This document shows positions 1 to 9,771 of a stretch of 64,000 nucleotides of DNA, in pieces. Position numbers and translations under genes: made by a program. The notes below the pieces were generated by a model. It was not told the DNA's origin. It did not search any database and saw only the letters and a list, made by a program, of their open reading frames with translations. Source of the stretch: an uncultured Bacilli bacterium (GTDB lineage: Bacteria > Bacillota_I > Bacilli_A > RF39 > UBA660); contig CAJTRV010000001.1 in assembly GCA_910578855.1 (NCBI GenBank), positions 1,430 through 65,429 on the forward strand, written 5' to 3'. The stretch's first letter is position 1. Every line of letters begins with the position of its first letter.

Positions 1-116
1 TTAAATCAATATGGAGTAATGTAAATGGTAGGGTATTGAATAGTGGTAAAATAAAGTAAACACCCATCGCAGCAATTCCACGAATGATATTTTTTCTATT
101 ACTTTTTTGTTTCATG
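1..116 (-). CDS. Partial small membrane protein (N-terminal part; continues beyond window start)
   Basis: Minus-strand ATG at 114-116 reads MKQKSNRKNIIRGIAAMGVYFILPLF... with a hydrophobic stretch. Open to the window edge. No recognisable family. Confidence 0.25.
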
Positions 117-266
117 ATTGATCATCTCCATTCTCATTATACCAAAAAATATGCAAAAATCTTTAAAAAATGTTAAAAAAAGAAAGATTCTATGATATAA
201 TACAAATAGATTGACTTGAAGAGAAGAGTGGGCACCCCCACTCTTTCCTGTAGAAAGAAGGTATTT

Positions 267-521
267 ATGGAAATAGTCACAACGGTAAGGGCATTAATAG
301 AACCGACGATTGTCGAACATGGCTACCGTATTGATCATATTGAGTATGTCAAAGAGGGAGGCCTATATTTTCTTCGGGTAGTAATAGATAAAGAGGGGTT
401 TATTACAATTGATGATTGTGTTATTGTAAGTAAATTAATTAATCCAATCTTAGATTCGGAAGATCCGATTGCTGATAATTATATATTAGATGTATGTTCT
501 AAAGAGAAAGGTAGTGAATAA
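267..521 (+). CDS. rimP: Ribosome maturation factor RimP (short form, N-terminal domain only)
   Basis: Immediately upstream of nusA. RBS gaaagaagg precedes ATG 267. The sequence (MEIVTTVRALIEPTIVEHGYRIDHIEYVKEGGLYFLRVVIDKEG...) matches the RimP N-domain. Canonical rimP-nusA-ylxR-infB synteny. It is shorter than typical RimP. Confidence 0.55.
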   Translation: MEIVTTVRALIEPTIVEHGYRIDHIEYVKEGGLYFLRVVIDKEGFITIDDCVIVSKLINPILDSEDPIADNYILDVCSKEKGSE

Positions 522-522
522 A

Positions 523-1743
523 ATGGATACGAAGGCATTTAAAAAGGCAGTAGAAGTATTGAATAAAGAAAAGGGAATTGATATTGATTATATTTATGAT
601 GCGATGGAATTAGCCCTTAATTCAGCATATAAAAAGAATCATCATTTACCAAATAGTCGTGTTGAAGTTGACAAAGATACAGGTGATTTTCATGTATATT
701 CTTTTAAGACAGTAGTGAATGATCCAGATGAAATGGGAATTATTAACGGGCAGGAAATCGATGACTTTTATGATGAGTTTGGTGATGCACTAGATGCACA
801 ATTAGAACGGATCGAAGCAGGGGAAGAAATTGCTGATGAAGAAAAGCTTACAGAACCTAAGGAGATCAAGTTTGATTCGCGCATTCATTTGACATTAGAG
901 GAAGCTCGTAAAATTGTACCAGGAATTGAAATTGGTGAGACTATTGAGGAGGAAGTAACTCCTAAAGATTTTGGGCGGGTGGCCGCAGCCACTGCGAAAC
1001 AAGTTGTCGTTCAAAAAATTCGTGAAGCAGAACGAAATAATATTATGGAAGAATTTAGCGAAGCTGAAGGAGAAATGATGACAGGAATTGTCGCTATGGA
1101 AGATGTTCGAAATTATTATATCGATCTTGGAAAGACCCAGGGAATTCTACCAAAAAGTGAAACGATTCCAGGTGAGACAATTAAAATGGGATCGAGTATT
1201 AAAGTATATGTTAGTAAAGTGGATAACAATGGAAAAGGACCGTTAATTCTTTTATCACGAACGCATTATGGATTTGTAAAACGTCTCTTTGAATTAGAGA
1301 TTCCAGAAGTAAATGAGGGAATTATTTTAATCTATAGTGTTGCTAGAGATGCGGGAAATAGAACGAAGATTGCCGTATATTCAGAGAATCATAATGTTGA
1401 TCCAGTAGGATCATGTATCGGTCAAAATGGGTCGCGTATTAATATGATTATCAAAGAATTAAATGGAGAACGAATTGATGTTATTCCGTATGATCCAGTT
1501 GATACTAAGTTCATTGAAAATGCGTTAAGTCCAGCTAAAAATTTACATGTTCTAATCATGGATGAGGTGAAAAAAGAGGCAATGGTAATTATCGATCAGG
1601 AAAATTTATCAAAAGCAGTAGGAAAAAAAGGTTTAAATGTAAGATTAGCTTCACGACTAACGCACTATAGAATCGATGTAAAAACGTATGAACAGGCGAG
1701 TGAAATGGGAATTCATATCAAGCCTAGTAAGGATTATGAATAA
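523..1743 (+). CDS. nusA: Transcription termination/antitermination factor NusA
   Basis: N-terminal MDTKAFKKAVEVLNKEKGI, S1 and tandem KH domain pattern, and operon context before ylxR/infB. The ATG at 523 overlaps the rimP stop. Confidence 0.9.
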   Translation: MDTKAFKKAVEVLNKEKGIDIDYIYDAMELALNSAYKKNHHLPNSRVEVDKDTGDFHVYSFKTVVNDPDEMGIINGQEIDDFYDEFGDALDAQLERIEAGEEIADEEKLTEPKEIKFDSRIHLTLEEARKIVPGIEIGETIEEEVTPKDFGRVAAATAKQVVVQKIREAERNNIMEEFSEAEGEMMTGIVAMEDVRNYYIDLGKTQGILPKSETIPGETIKMGSSIKVYVSKVDNNGKGPLILLSRTHYGFVKRLFELEIPEVNEGIILIYSVARDAGNRTKIAVYSENHNVDPVGSCIGQNGSRINMIIKELNGERIDVIPYDPVDTKFIENALSPAKNLHVLIMDEVKKEAMVIIDQENLSKAVGKKGLNVRLASRLTHYRIDVKTYEQASEMGIHIKPSKDYE

Positions 1744-2003
1744 TGAAGCCTAAGAAGATACCGATGCGTAGTTGTGTTGTAACGAAAGAACGTTATCCTA
1801 AAGCAGAGTTAGTACGAGTAGTAAGAACGCCAGAAGGAGAAGTTGTGATTGATAGAGCTGGTCGCATGAATGGTCGCGGTGCTTATTTAAAAAGGGATCT
1901 TACAGTAATTGAGAAAGCGCAACAGACAGGTGTTTTAAAGCGACATTTAGAAGTTACCATACCTGATGCGATATATGATGAATTAAAAGAGTTAGTAAAG
2001 TAG
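1743..2003 (+). CDS. ylxR: YlxR/RnpM-family RNA-binding protein (DUF448)
   Basis: Small basic protein (CVVTKERYPKAELVRVV...GRGAYL) in the conserved position after nusA. Translationally coupled: TAATG at 1741-1745. Confidence 0.8.
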   Translation: MKPKKIPMRSCVVTKERYPKAELVRVVRTPEGEVVIDRAGRMNGRGAYLKRDLTVIEKAQQTGVLKRHLEVTIPDAIYDELKELVK

Positions 2004-2008
2004 GTGGT

Positions 2009-2455
2009 ATGATGGGTCAAAGAGTTAGTTTTGACGAGTACTTTATGCAGCTTGCACATTTGATAGCAAGTCGTTCTACTTGTCTATCACGGTCGGTCGG
2101 AGCAGTCATTGTGAGAGATAACCACATTATTGCAACTGGATATAATGGTGCACCTCGGGGAGTTTCTCACTGCCTCGATACTGGTTGTATTAGGCGAGAG
2201 CATGATATTCCTAGTGGGGAACGACTAGATATTTGCAAAGCAGTACATGCTGAGCAGAATGCGATTATTGAAGCTGCCTATAATGGGGTATCTACCAAGG
2301 GTGCTAGTATCTATGTGACGGTAACCCCATGTTTTACCTGTGCGAAAATGTTAGTCAATGCTGGCATAAAAGAGATTATTATTGATGGCGATTATCCATC
2401 ACCGAGTAGTAGATCACTCTTTGAAGAAGTTGGTATTAAGTTGAAGAAATTATAA
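2009..2455 (+). CDS. dCMP/cytidine deaminase-family zinc enzyme (ComEB-like)
   Basis: HAEQNAI (H-A-E zinc/catalytic motif) and PCFTCAKML (PCxxC zinc ligands). Typical size of deoxycytidylate deaminase. Confidence 0.75.
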   Translation: MMGQRVSFDEYFMQLAHLIASRSTCLSRSVGAVIVRDNHIIATGYNGAPRGVSHCLDTGCIRREHDIPSGERLDICKAVHAEQNAIIEAAYNGVSTKGASIYVTVTPCFTCAKMLVNAGIKEIIIDGDYPSPSSRSLFEEVGIKLKKL

Positions 2456-2473
2456 CAAAATAGAAAGAAAGAG

Positions 2474-4606
2474 GTGATGTTTATGATGAGTGTATTAGAG
2501 TATGCACAAGATGTCAATAAAACAGTAGAGGAAATTCTAGAAAAATGTAAGGAGCTAGGAATTGAGGTTAGTACAGAGGATGATTTATTAGATCAAGATG
2601 GAATTACGATTCTTGATAATGCTTTTCCTGTGGAAACAGAACGTGAAGCCGAAGAACAGTTAGAAGATTTGGTAGAAGAGATTATTGAGCAAGAAGAAAT
2701 CGAAGTCGATAATACAGTTAAGAAACAAAAACTAAAAAAGGCAACTAAGTCTACGGGGCCATCTAAAGGAAATAATTTGACAAAGAAGGAACTTGCGAAG
2801 AAGAAAAAACAGATGTACAAAAACAAGGAAAAGTTGCAGAGTAATGCTCCTACTATTAATGATGATGTGGTATTATATCGTGAAAATATGACCATTGGTG
2901 ACCTTGCCAAGGCACTTCATGTTGGGGCTGCTGATTTGGTAAAGAAATTGTTTTCACTAGGAATTATGTGTACGATTAACCACTCATTGAGCTTTGAAAA
3001 TGCTGAATTATTGGTTGTTGATTATGACAAAGAGTTAAAAAGGGAAGAGACTGCTGACGTAACCAATTTTGAGGAATTTGAGATCAATGATCGAACTGAA
3101 GATTTGCAATTAAGACCGCCTGTTGTTACGATTATGGGTCATGTCGATCACGGGAAGACAACTTTGTTAGATACTATCCGTAAAACAAGTGTTGCTGCCG
3201 GTGAAGCTGGAGGAATTACCCAGGCGATTAGTGCATATCAAGTGACACACCAAGGAAATAAAATTACCTTTATCGATACTCCTGGTCATGCCGCTTTTAC
3301 AGAAATGCGGGCCCGGGGAGCAAGTATAACGGATGTTATTATCATCATTGTTGCCGCTGATGATGGGGTTATGCCGCAAACGAAAGAAGCAGTTGATCAT
3401 GCAAAAGCAGCTGGAGTTCCTATTATTGTAGCAATTAATAAGATGGATAAACCAGGTGCTAATCCTGAGCGAATTATGACGGAGTTATCAGAGTATGGAT
3501 TGACTCCTGATGAATGGGGTGGTGATACCCTCTATAATAAGATTGTTGCTGCTGATGGAACGGGAATTGATGCGTTATTAGAAAATATTACGTTAATTGC
3601 CGAGATGCAGGAATATAAAGCCAATCCTAACCGATATGCGGTGGGAACTGTGGTTGAGTCAAGACTTGATAAACATCTAGGACCAGTAACGACGATTTTA
3701 ATTCAAAATGGGACGCTTCGCTTAGGGGATCCAATCGTGGTTGGAACAGCGTTTGGAAAGATTCGAACGATGAAAAATGATCTTGGAATGGAAATCACGG
3801 AAGCATTACCAAGTACACCAGTTGAGATCACCGGAATTAATGAGGTGCCAAGTGCTGGGGATAGATTTATGGCTTTTGAAACTGAAAAACAAGCTCGTAA
3901 TGTTGGAGAAACGCGAAAACAACAGGCTAAATTACGTGATAATAAAGCAACAGCTAGTGTGTCACTCGATGATTTGTTCTCAAAAATCAAAGAGGGGATC
4001 AAAGAAATTAATGTCATCATTAAAGCTGATGTTAATGGTAGTGCCGAAGCTGTTAAAAATTCACTTGAGAAGTTACAAGTGGAAGATGTTCGGATTAAAG
4101 TAATTCGTAGTAGCGTTGGATCAATTACCGAAAGTGATATTGTTCTTGCCAAAGCTAGTAATGCACTTATGATCGGATTTAATGTTCGACCAAATAATCA
4201 GATTAAAGATTATGCCAAAGAGAATGGTGTCGACATTCGACTTTATAACATTATTTATAAAGTTGTAGAAGAAATGGAAGCAGCGATGAAGGGAATGTTG
4301 GAACCAGTTTATGAAGAAAAGGTAATGGGAACAGCTGAGGTAAGACAATTATTCAAATTCTCAAAAGTAGGAATTATTGCCGGAAGTTATGTTGCTGATG
4401 GTATCATAAAACGGGATGCCAAAGCACGTATTATCCGCGATGGAATTGTGATCTATGATGGTAATATTAATTCTATTCAACGAGGAAAAGATGCCGCTAA
4501 AGAAGTGAAAAAGGGAATTGAATGTGGAATTACAATTGAAAATTATGCTGACATCAAAGAAGGCGATGTTATTGAGGCCTATGAAATGGTGGAAATAAAA
4601 CGTTAA
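2474..4606 (+). CDS. infB: Translation initiation factor IF-2
   Basis: G-domain motifs GHVDHGKTTLLD, DTPGH, NKMD. Long low-complexity N-terminus and C-terminal beta-barrel domains. Operon context. Confidence 0.95.
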   Translation: MMFMMSVLEYAQDVNKTVEEILEKCKELGIEVSTEDDLLDQDGITILDNAFPVETEREAEEQLEDLVEEIIEQEEIEVDNTVKKQKLKKATKSTGPSKGNNLTKKELAKKKKQMYKNKEKLQSNAPTINDDVVLYRENMTIGDLAKALHVGAADLVKKLFSLGIMCTINHSLSFENAELLVVDYDKELKREETADVTNFEEFEINDRTEDLQLRPPVVTIMGHVDHGKTTLLDTIRKTSVAAGEAGGITQAISAYQVTHQGNKITFIDTPGHAAFTEMRARGASITDVIIIIVAADDGVMPQTKEAVDHAKAAGVPIIVAINKMDKPGANPERIMTELSEYGLTPDEWGGDTLYNKIVAADGTGIDALLENITLIAEMQEYKANPNRYAVGTVVESRLDKHLGPVTTILIQNGTLRLGDPIVVGTAFGKIRTMKNDLGMEITEALPSTPVEITGINEVPSAGDRFMAFETEKQARNVGETRKQQAKLRDNKATASVSLDDLFSKIKEGIKEINVIIKADVNGSAEAVKNSLEKLQVEDVRIKVIRSSVGSITESDIVLAKASNALMIGFNVRPNNQIKDYAKENGVDIRLYNIIYKVVEEMEAAMKGMLEPVYEEKVMGTAEVRQLFKFSKVGIIAGSYVADGIIKRDAKARIIRDGIVIYDGNINSIQRGKDAAKEVKKGIECGITIENYADIKEGDVIEAYEMVEIKR

Positions 4607-4611
4607 AAAAA

Positions 4612-4649
4612 TAGACGTTCAACAATGATTGAATGTCTATTTTTCTTTG
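4612..4649. terminator. Bidirectional rho-independent terminator between infB and the convergent membrane-protein gene
   Basis: Hairpin tagacgttcaa-caatga-ttgaatgtcta (11-bp stem, one G-U) followed by a T-run (tttttcttt). Confidence 0.5.
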
Positions 4650-5581
4650 GTTAAAGTTTGGTTAATTTCAGAATCAGCAACAATTTTTTCTAATAAGTGA
4701 TAAGCGGTTACTAGTTTATGTTCTTGGGTTTGATCTGTCGCTTCTAAATGGTCCATTAGATCAAAAACAATCATATAGGGAATATAACGAGGCCATGATT
4801 TATCTGTTTGAATTTCGGCTCCTTCGATCATTTTATAATCTTGGAGATATTGTTTGAATCCGACAATCTCATTTCGTTGCTTCCAATACTTGGTTTTGAC
4901 AGTGGTAAACATTCCCGCATGGAAACTAATCATCCAAACAACAGTAAGAATAATTGAAAAGATGGGAATCATTAATAGTGTATTGTTGTGAATCATTGAA
5001 AACAAATAAAATTCAGCAACCGCAAAAATTAACGTAATAAAGATAATGGCATTATTGGTGTAATAGCTTTTTGATACTTTGGTAGAAATACTCGAAAGAA
5101 GACTTTTCAACCGAAGAACTTCATCGACATCTTTTGTTAGTTTTTTGATATAGTCATTTAATAAGATTTTATCTTCCCCTTTGAGAATAAAGTGGATAAT
5201 ACTCTGCTCCATAATATCTAAGTCTTGGATGTCTCGGATGGTGTTGTCACGAATTACAATATCGGTATTGGTATAATGCTTTGCAATTTCTAACCGAAGA
5301 TATTCGCGTGAAACTAAGTCCATGATAGTTGCAATTAAATCTTGATATCGGGCAGATCGTTCATTGGAGATACACCCGGCAATTAATGGCGATGTATTTT
5401 TTGGTAAAGCGTGATGATAGATAACTTTGGATGCTTGAATTTTTTTCTTTTGCTCAATCTTATATAAAATATAGGCAATTAAAAATAAGAGTTGTCCAAG
5501 AATGAAGTAAAAGCAAGTATTTGGTAGTAGAAGACAAGCACATAGTAATAGGCTGTTGATTAAAATAATAATAAAATTCAT
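4637..5581 (-). CDS. Predicted membrane protein (DUF2207-like: N-terminal TM helices, C-terminal WPRYIPYMIVFDL)
   Basis: Hydrophobic N-terminus and internal TM segments. No catalytic motif recognised. Confidence 0.45.
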   Translation of the reverse strand: MNFIIILINSLLLCACLLLPNTCFYFILGQLLFLIAYILYKIEQKKKIQASKVIYHHALPKNTSPLIAGCISNERSARYQDLIATIMDLVSREYLRLEIAKHYTNTDIVIRDNTIRDIQDLDIMEQSIIHFILKGEDKILLNDYIKKLTKDVDEVLRLKSLLSSISTKVSKSYYTNNAIIFITLIFAVAEFYLFSMIHNNTLLMIPIFSIILTVVWMISFHAGMFTTVKTKYWKQRNEIVGFKQYLQDYKMIEGAEIQTDKSWPRYIPYMIVFDLMDHLEATDQTQEHKLVTAYHLLEKIVADSEINQTLTKEK

Positions 5582-5710
5582 ATAAAATCCTCTATTCTAA
5601 GCATTATTTTATCATAAACGAGTAGTGGCCACAAGAGAAAAGATTGGATTCAATGAAGATAATGAATGAAAATGGAAGAATACGTGATATAATAATAGCG
5701 AGGTGATAGT

Positions 5711-6058
5711 ATGAGTATAAAAATTGATCGAATTGCAAGTATGTTAGAAAAAGAAATTAGTTATATTTTAATGATGGAAGTGAAAGATGCTGATATCAAA
5801 TTTGTAACAGTAACTGGTGTAAAATTAACGACGGATCTTTCTTATGCAAAAGTGTATGTTACGGTTTTAGATGATTGTAAAAAGGATGCGACGATGCGTG
5901 CTTTGAAGGATGCGAGTGGTTTTATTCGTCATGAGTTGTATGATCGAGTTGATATTCGTCATATTCCTGAGCTAGAATTTGTCTATGATGAATCGATTGA
6001 ATATGGTAAGAAAATTGAAACAATTATCGAAGAAATTCATGGAGAACAATCAGAATAA
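5711..6058 (+). CDS. rbfA: Ribosome-binding factor A
   Basis: About 115 aa. KH-like RbfA pattern (VTVTGVKLTTDLSYAKVYVTVL...IRHIPELEFVYD). Confidence 0.85.
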   Translation: MSIKIDRIASMLEKEISYILMMEVKDADIKFVTVTGVKLTTDLSYAKVYVTVLDDCKKDATMRALKDASGFIRHELYDRVDIRHIPELEFVYDESIEYGKKIETIIEEIHGEQSE

Positions 6059-6192
6059 AAAAATGATGTTAATAAATTTGATTAGTATAATAGTGAATTA
6101 AAGGGTATTCTTGCGTTTTTTTGTTTAGAATATTATTTGTTATTACTATTATTTAAAGTAGCAATTTTTTATGGTGAAAAAGAGGTGAGAAA

Positions 6193-7788
6193 TTGAAAGA
6201 TAAGAAAGATGAGAAACAAAAGACGAATTTTAAAGATTTCAAAATCATTGTTCAATATTTAAAAAAACGAAAATTAAAATTATTTATGTATTTATTACTA
6301 GTAGGCGTAACGATGTTACCAGACGCTTTTGGACCGTTGCTATGGGGATTGGGACTAGAAGCTTTGGTTGCTAAAGATATGGCAATGTTTTGTTGGTATC
6401 TGATTGGCTATCAGACCATTCATATATTAGCTTATTCTATTTTAATGTCTCCTCGTCAGCGATTATATAATGATTTAGAACTTGAATTTACGAAAAATAT
6501 AACCAAGGATTTATATATTAAGGTTGATCAATTACCAGCGCGCGCGTTTGAAGAAATAGGGGTTGGAGAATTTATCAATCGGCTATATAACGATCCTGAA
6601 CGAGTGATGAGTTTATTAAATAAGATTATTCAACTTACTTTACGAAGTATTGTTGCTATTTTTGCCGTTATCTTAGCATTTTCTATTTCCTTAGTTTTAG
6701 GAATTGAAGTGATTATTTTTGGATTTCTAATGGGCTTGATATCATATCGATATTTTCCTAGAATTAAAAAAATTCAAAGAGAAATAAAACAAGAGTCAGA
6801 TGCCTATGTAAAGAATGCAACCGAGAATATTACCGGAATTAGAGAAATAAAGTCTTTGGGAATTAAAAAGAATATTGAGAAATCGTTATTTCAGACAGTG
6901 GATCAATTATTCCATAATTCTAAGAAGAGTGCAAATAATGAAATGGATTATTATTCGATAAACAATGGACTATATTACCTATTACAATTTGTTATTATTT
7001 TAACATGTGGATACTATTTTATCGAGGGCCATATTGCTTATACGTTATTTATCATGATGCAAAGTTATATTTGGCGCATTGATTCCGTGGTAGAAAGTAT
7101 TAGTGATTTTGGTGTTAACTTTAATAAAGTAGCCGTGTCACTTAGCCGAATGAATGATATTTTACAAAATCGATTATATCCGGATGAGACTTTTGGTGAT
7201 GTTACTTTAACGGATCCAGTTGGTTATGTTAAGATGAAGAATGTAAAATTTCGCTATAGTGATGAAGAAGATTATACGTTGAAGGGATTAAATTTGGATG
7301 TGATGCCAAATAAAAAAATTGCTATCGTTGGACGTAGTGGTAATGGAAAGAGTACGATATTTAATTTATTGTTACGTTATTTCGATGCAACTAGTGGAGA
7401 GATAACGATTGATGATATTCCTATTCAAAATTTAACGGAAGAATCATTGCGTCATAATATTTCCATTATTCGCCAAACACCATTTTTATTTAATATGTCA
7501 ATTTTGGATAATTTTAGATTGGTAAATCCAAAAGTAACCTTAAAGGCTGTTAGAGAAATATGTAAGAAAGCATATATTGATGATTATATTATGGGTTTAC
7601 CAAAGAAATATCACACGATTATTGGAGAAGGTGGGGTCAATTTAAGTGGTGGTCAAAAGCAACGATTAGCCATTGCTAGAACTTTGTTATTGAATACAAA
7701 GATTATCCTATTTGATGAGGCAACAGGAGCATTGTTTAAATCCAAAAAATATAATAGTTGTAATTTAAGGCCTTTATATTCCTTATAA
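6193..7788 (+). CDS. ABC exporter (fused 6-TM permease + ATPase). The reading frame is interrupted at the Walker-B/D-loop by the integrated element. Codons after about 7724 are element-derived.
   Basis: TMD followed by NBD with Walker A GRSGNGKST, signature LSGGQKQRLAIAR and Walker B ILFDEAT. The ORF then reads GALFKSKKYNSCNL...stop instead of the canonical SALD D-loop. The missing 3' end is found at 57143..57368. Confidence 0.8.
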   Translation: MKDKKDEKQKTNFKDFKIIVQYLKKRKLKLFMYLLLVGVTMLPDAFGPLLWGLGLEALVAKDMAMFCWYLIGYQTIHILAYSILMSPRQRLYNDLELEFTKNITKDLYIKVDQLPARAFEEIGVGEFINRLYNDPERVMSLLNKIIQLTLRSIVAIFAVILAFSISLVLGIEVIIFGFLMGLISYRYFPRIKKIQREIKQESDAYVKNATENITGIREIKSLGIKKNIEKSLFQTVDQLFHNSKKSANNEMDYYSINNGLYYLLQFVIILTCGYYFIEGHIAYTLFIMMQSYIWRIDSVVESISDFGVNFNKVAVSLSRMNDILQNRLYPDETFGDVTLTDPVGYVKMKNVKFRYSDEEDYTLKGLNLDVMPNKKIAIVGRSGNGKSTIFNLLLRYFDATSGEITIDDIPIQNLTEESLRHNISIIRQTPFLFNMSILDNFRLVNPKVTLKAVREICKKAYIDDYIMGLPKKYHTIIGEGGVNLSGGQKQRLAIARTLLLNTKIILFDEATGALFKSKKYNSCNLRPLYSL

Positions 7789-7866
7789 TAATAAATAAAT
7801 TAATATCTATTGATATAGAAATAAATCTATATCTTTTTTTATTACAAAAATATTTGTCAAAAAATA

Positions 7867-8763
7867 ATGAAGGGGGTTGATAAAATGACAAATGAAATTA
7901 TAAAAGTAGGAACTTTTTTTAGTGGAATAGGATCACCAGAAAAAGCTTTAGAAAGATTAAAAAACGAAGGACATATAAAAGATTATAAAGTAGAATTTTT
8001 TTCAGAAATAGATAAAAATGCAATTAAAAGTTATTGTGCGATTCATAATGTAGATGAAAGTTTAAATCTTGGTAGTATAACTGATATTAAAGGTAAAAAT
8101 TTACCATACTGTGATTTATGGATTGGCGGCTTTCCATGTCAAGATATATCTTGTGCTGGTAAAATGAGAGGATTTGATTTTACAAGTTCTACAAGATCAT
8201 CACTTGGTTGGGAAATGATTAGATTACTTAAAGAAGTAAAGATAAAACCTAAATATGTTATATTTGAAAACGTAGCTATGATAACAAGCAAGAAATTTAA
8301 GGAAACATTAAACTTATTTAAAGAAGATTTAGTAAGTTTAGGATATACATTATATGACCAATTATTAAGTGCTACTGATTATGGAATACCTCAAACTAGA
8401 GCGAGGTATTTTTTAGTTGCAATACTAGATAATCAAAAACAATTTAAATTTCCAGACAAAATGGAAAGTGATGTTATATTAAAGAATTTTCTTGAAGAAT
8501 TTGTTGATGAAAAATATTATTTAACAAATTCTAATTATATAGAAAAGGGCAATAAAAGGATATTTAAACATAAAAATAGAAATGATATAGAGTATGAGAT
8601 TGATATGGATAAATATTTAATTGGTGGTGTATGTGGAATAGATAAACATACTAAATTTGCAATCTCATCAAGGTTATTTTCTATTTATGGGAATTCGCCA
8701 ACTTTAACAGCAAGTAATACATCTGATAATAGCAAAATTGTTGTAGAAAGTGAGGTAGAATAA
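7867..8763 (+). CDS. DNA (cytosine-5)-methyltransferase, N-terminal/large part (motifs I-VIII + start of TRD)
   Basis: FSGIGS (motif I), EIDKNAIKSY (II), GGFPCQDIS (IV), ENV (VI), QTRARYF (VIII). Confidence 0.8.
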   Translation: MKGVDKMTNEIIKVGTFFSGIGSPEKALERLKNEGHIKDYKVEFFSEIDKNAIKSYCAIHNVDESLNLGSITDIKGKNLPYCDLWIGGFPCQDISCAGKMRGFDFTSSTRSSLGWEMIRLLKEVKIKPKYVIFENVAMITSKKFKETLNLFKEDLVSLGYTLYDQLLSATDYGIPQTRARYFLVAILDNQKQFKFPDKMESDVILKNFLEEFVDEKYYLTNSNYIEKGNKRIFKHKNRNDIEYEIDMDKYLIGGVCGIDKHTKFAISSRLFSIYGNSPTLTASNTSDNSKIVVESEVE

Positions 8764-8933
8764 TGAGAATAAGAAAACTTACTCCAAGAGAAACTTGGAG
8801 ATTAATGGGATTTAGCGATATAGACTTTGATAGAGCAAGTAAAGTATGTACTGAAACGAATTTATATCATCAGGCTGGAAATTCTATTGTAGTTAATGTA
8901 ATGTATTCGATTTTAAAAGAATTATTAAAATAA
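8763..8933 (+). CDS. DNA (cytosine-5)-methyltransferase, C-terminal small part (motifs IX-X). Separate frame, overlaps the upstream stop as TAATGA.
   Basis: MRIRKLTPRETWRLMGFSDIDFD (motif IX) and GNSIVVNV (motif X). SD-like gaggtag 7 nt upstream of the ATG. Too short for the ORF track (57 codons). Confidence 0.7.
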   Translation: MRIRKLTPRETWRLMGFSDIDFDRASKVCTETNLYHQAGNSIVVNVMYSILKELLK

Positions 8934-8940
8934 AAAGATG

Positions 8941-9204
8941 CTATTTTGCATCCTTGTTATTCTCCATAAGTTTTTCATAACCATCAAAAAATTTTCTAAT
9001 GTCAAAATTATATTTTTGAGATAAAAAGAAAAGGGTATCTAGTGAAATTCCTGTATCTACATTAGGACTTTCAATGTGAGATATAAAACTTCTACTCATA
9101 TCTGTATCTTCTGCCATTTTTTCTTGAGACTTACCAATTATATCTTTTCTTATGGATTTCATATTTTGTCCTATAAGGGCGAAAAGTTCATAAGTATTTT
9201 TCAC
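8941..9204 (-). CDS. XRE-family helix-turn-helix transcriptional regulator
   Basis: SQEKMAEDTDMSRSFISHIE HTH motif. Small. Convergent/adjacent to the methyltransferase. Confidence 0.6.
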   Translation of the reverse strand: MKNTYELFALIGQNMKSIRKDIIGKSQEKMAEDTDMSRSFISHIESPNVDTGISLDTLFFLSQKYNFDIRKFFDGYEKLMENNKDAK

Positions 9205-9346
9205 AAAAATCCCTCCTATATATAATTTTATAGGAAATATTGATTTTATACTGCTCTCTTATAAGGAGCAATTTTATTGCTCGGTATTAACAGTTTTGTG
9301 TTATAATTAAGTTGGCACGAAAAAAGAATACTTTAAATTGTATTCT

Positions 9347-9610
9347 TTATCGCCTAGGAATACGACGATTTTCAATATTTTTCCTTTTCTCAAATAATTG
9401 GAAAAGTTCAACATTAAGTGTAGTCGCGATGTGATCAATATAGTCGATTCTAGTATTTCTTTTAGCATTTTCCAAATTAGATACGTAAGTAGGTGTAGTT
9501 CCAAGCTTATCTGCAAAATCTTCTTGGGACCAACCATTTTGCAATCTATAGTAAACAATATTATTTGCTAAAATATTACGAGCACTTGATTTTAATTTAA
9601 TTGTCATCAC
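9347..9610 (-). CDS. XRE-family helix-turn-helix transcriptional regulator
   Basis: WSQEDFADKLGTTPTYVSNLENAKRNTRID is a classic HTH_3 pattern. Confidence 0.65.
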   Translation of the reverse strand: MMTIKLKSSARNILANNIVYYRLQNGWSQEDFADKLGTTPTYVSNLENAKRNTRIDYIDHIATTLNVELFQLFEKRKNIENRRIPRR

Positions 9611-9771
9611 ATCCTTCCTCTTACTTACTACTATTGTAATAAGTTTATGAAAATTGAACCATACTAACTATGTAGTAAGTTATTTAAATTATAGTGAATT
9701 AAAAAGGGAAAAAATGTTGGATTTTGTGCTAAAACAAAAAGGTAGATATTTTATAAGAAAAGGAGCTAGAT

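Noticed and set aside
2593-4348. Several minus-strand and alternative-frame ORFs inside infB (2593..2910, 3167..3400, 3703..4152, 3777..4103, 4121..4348)
   Set aside because: They are embedded antisense or out-of-frame in a highly conserved, clearly coding gene, and have low-complexity compositions.
9307-9558. 83-aa minus-strand ORF overlapping the XRE regulator 9347..9610
   Set aside because: Different frame of the same region. The HTH-containing frame is the credible one.
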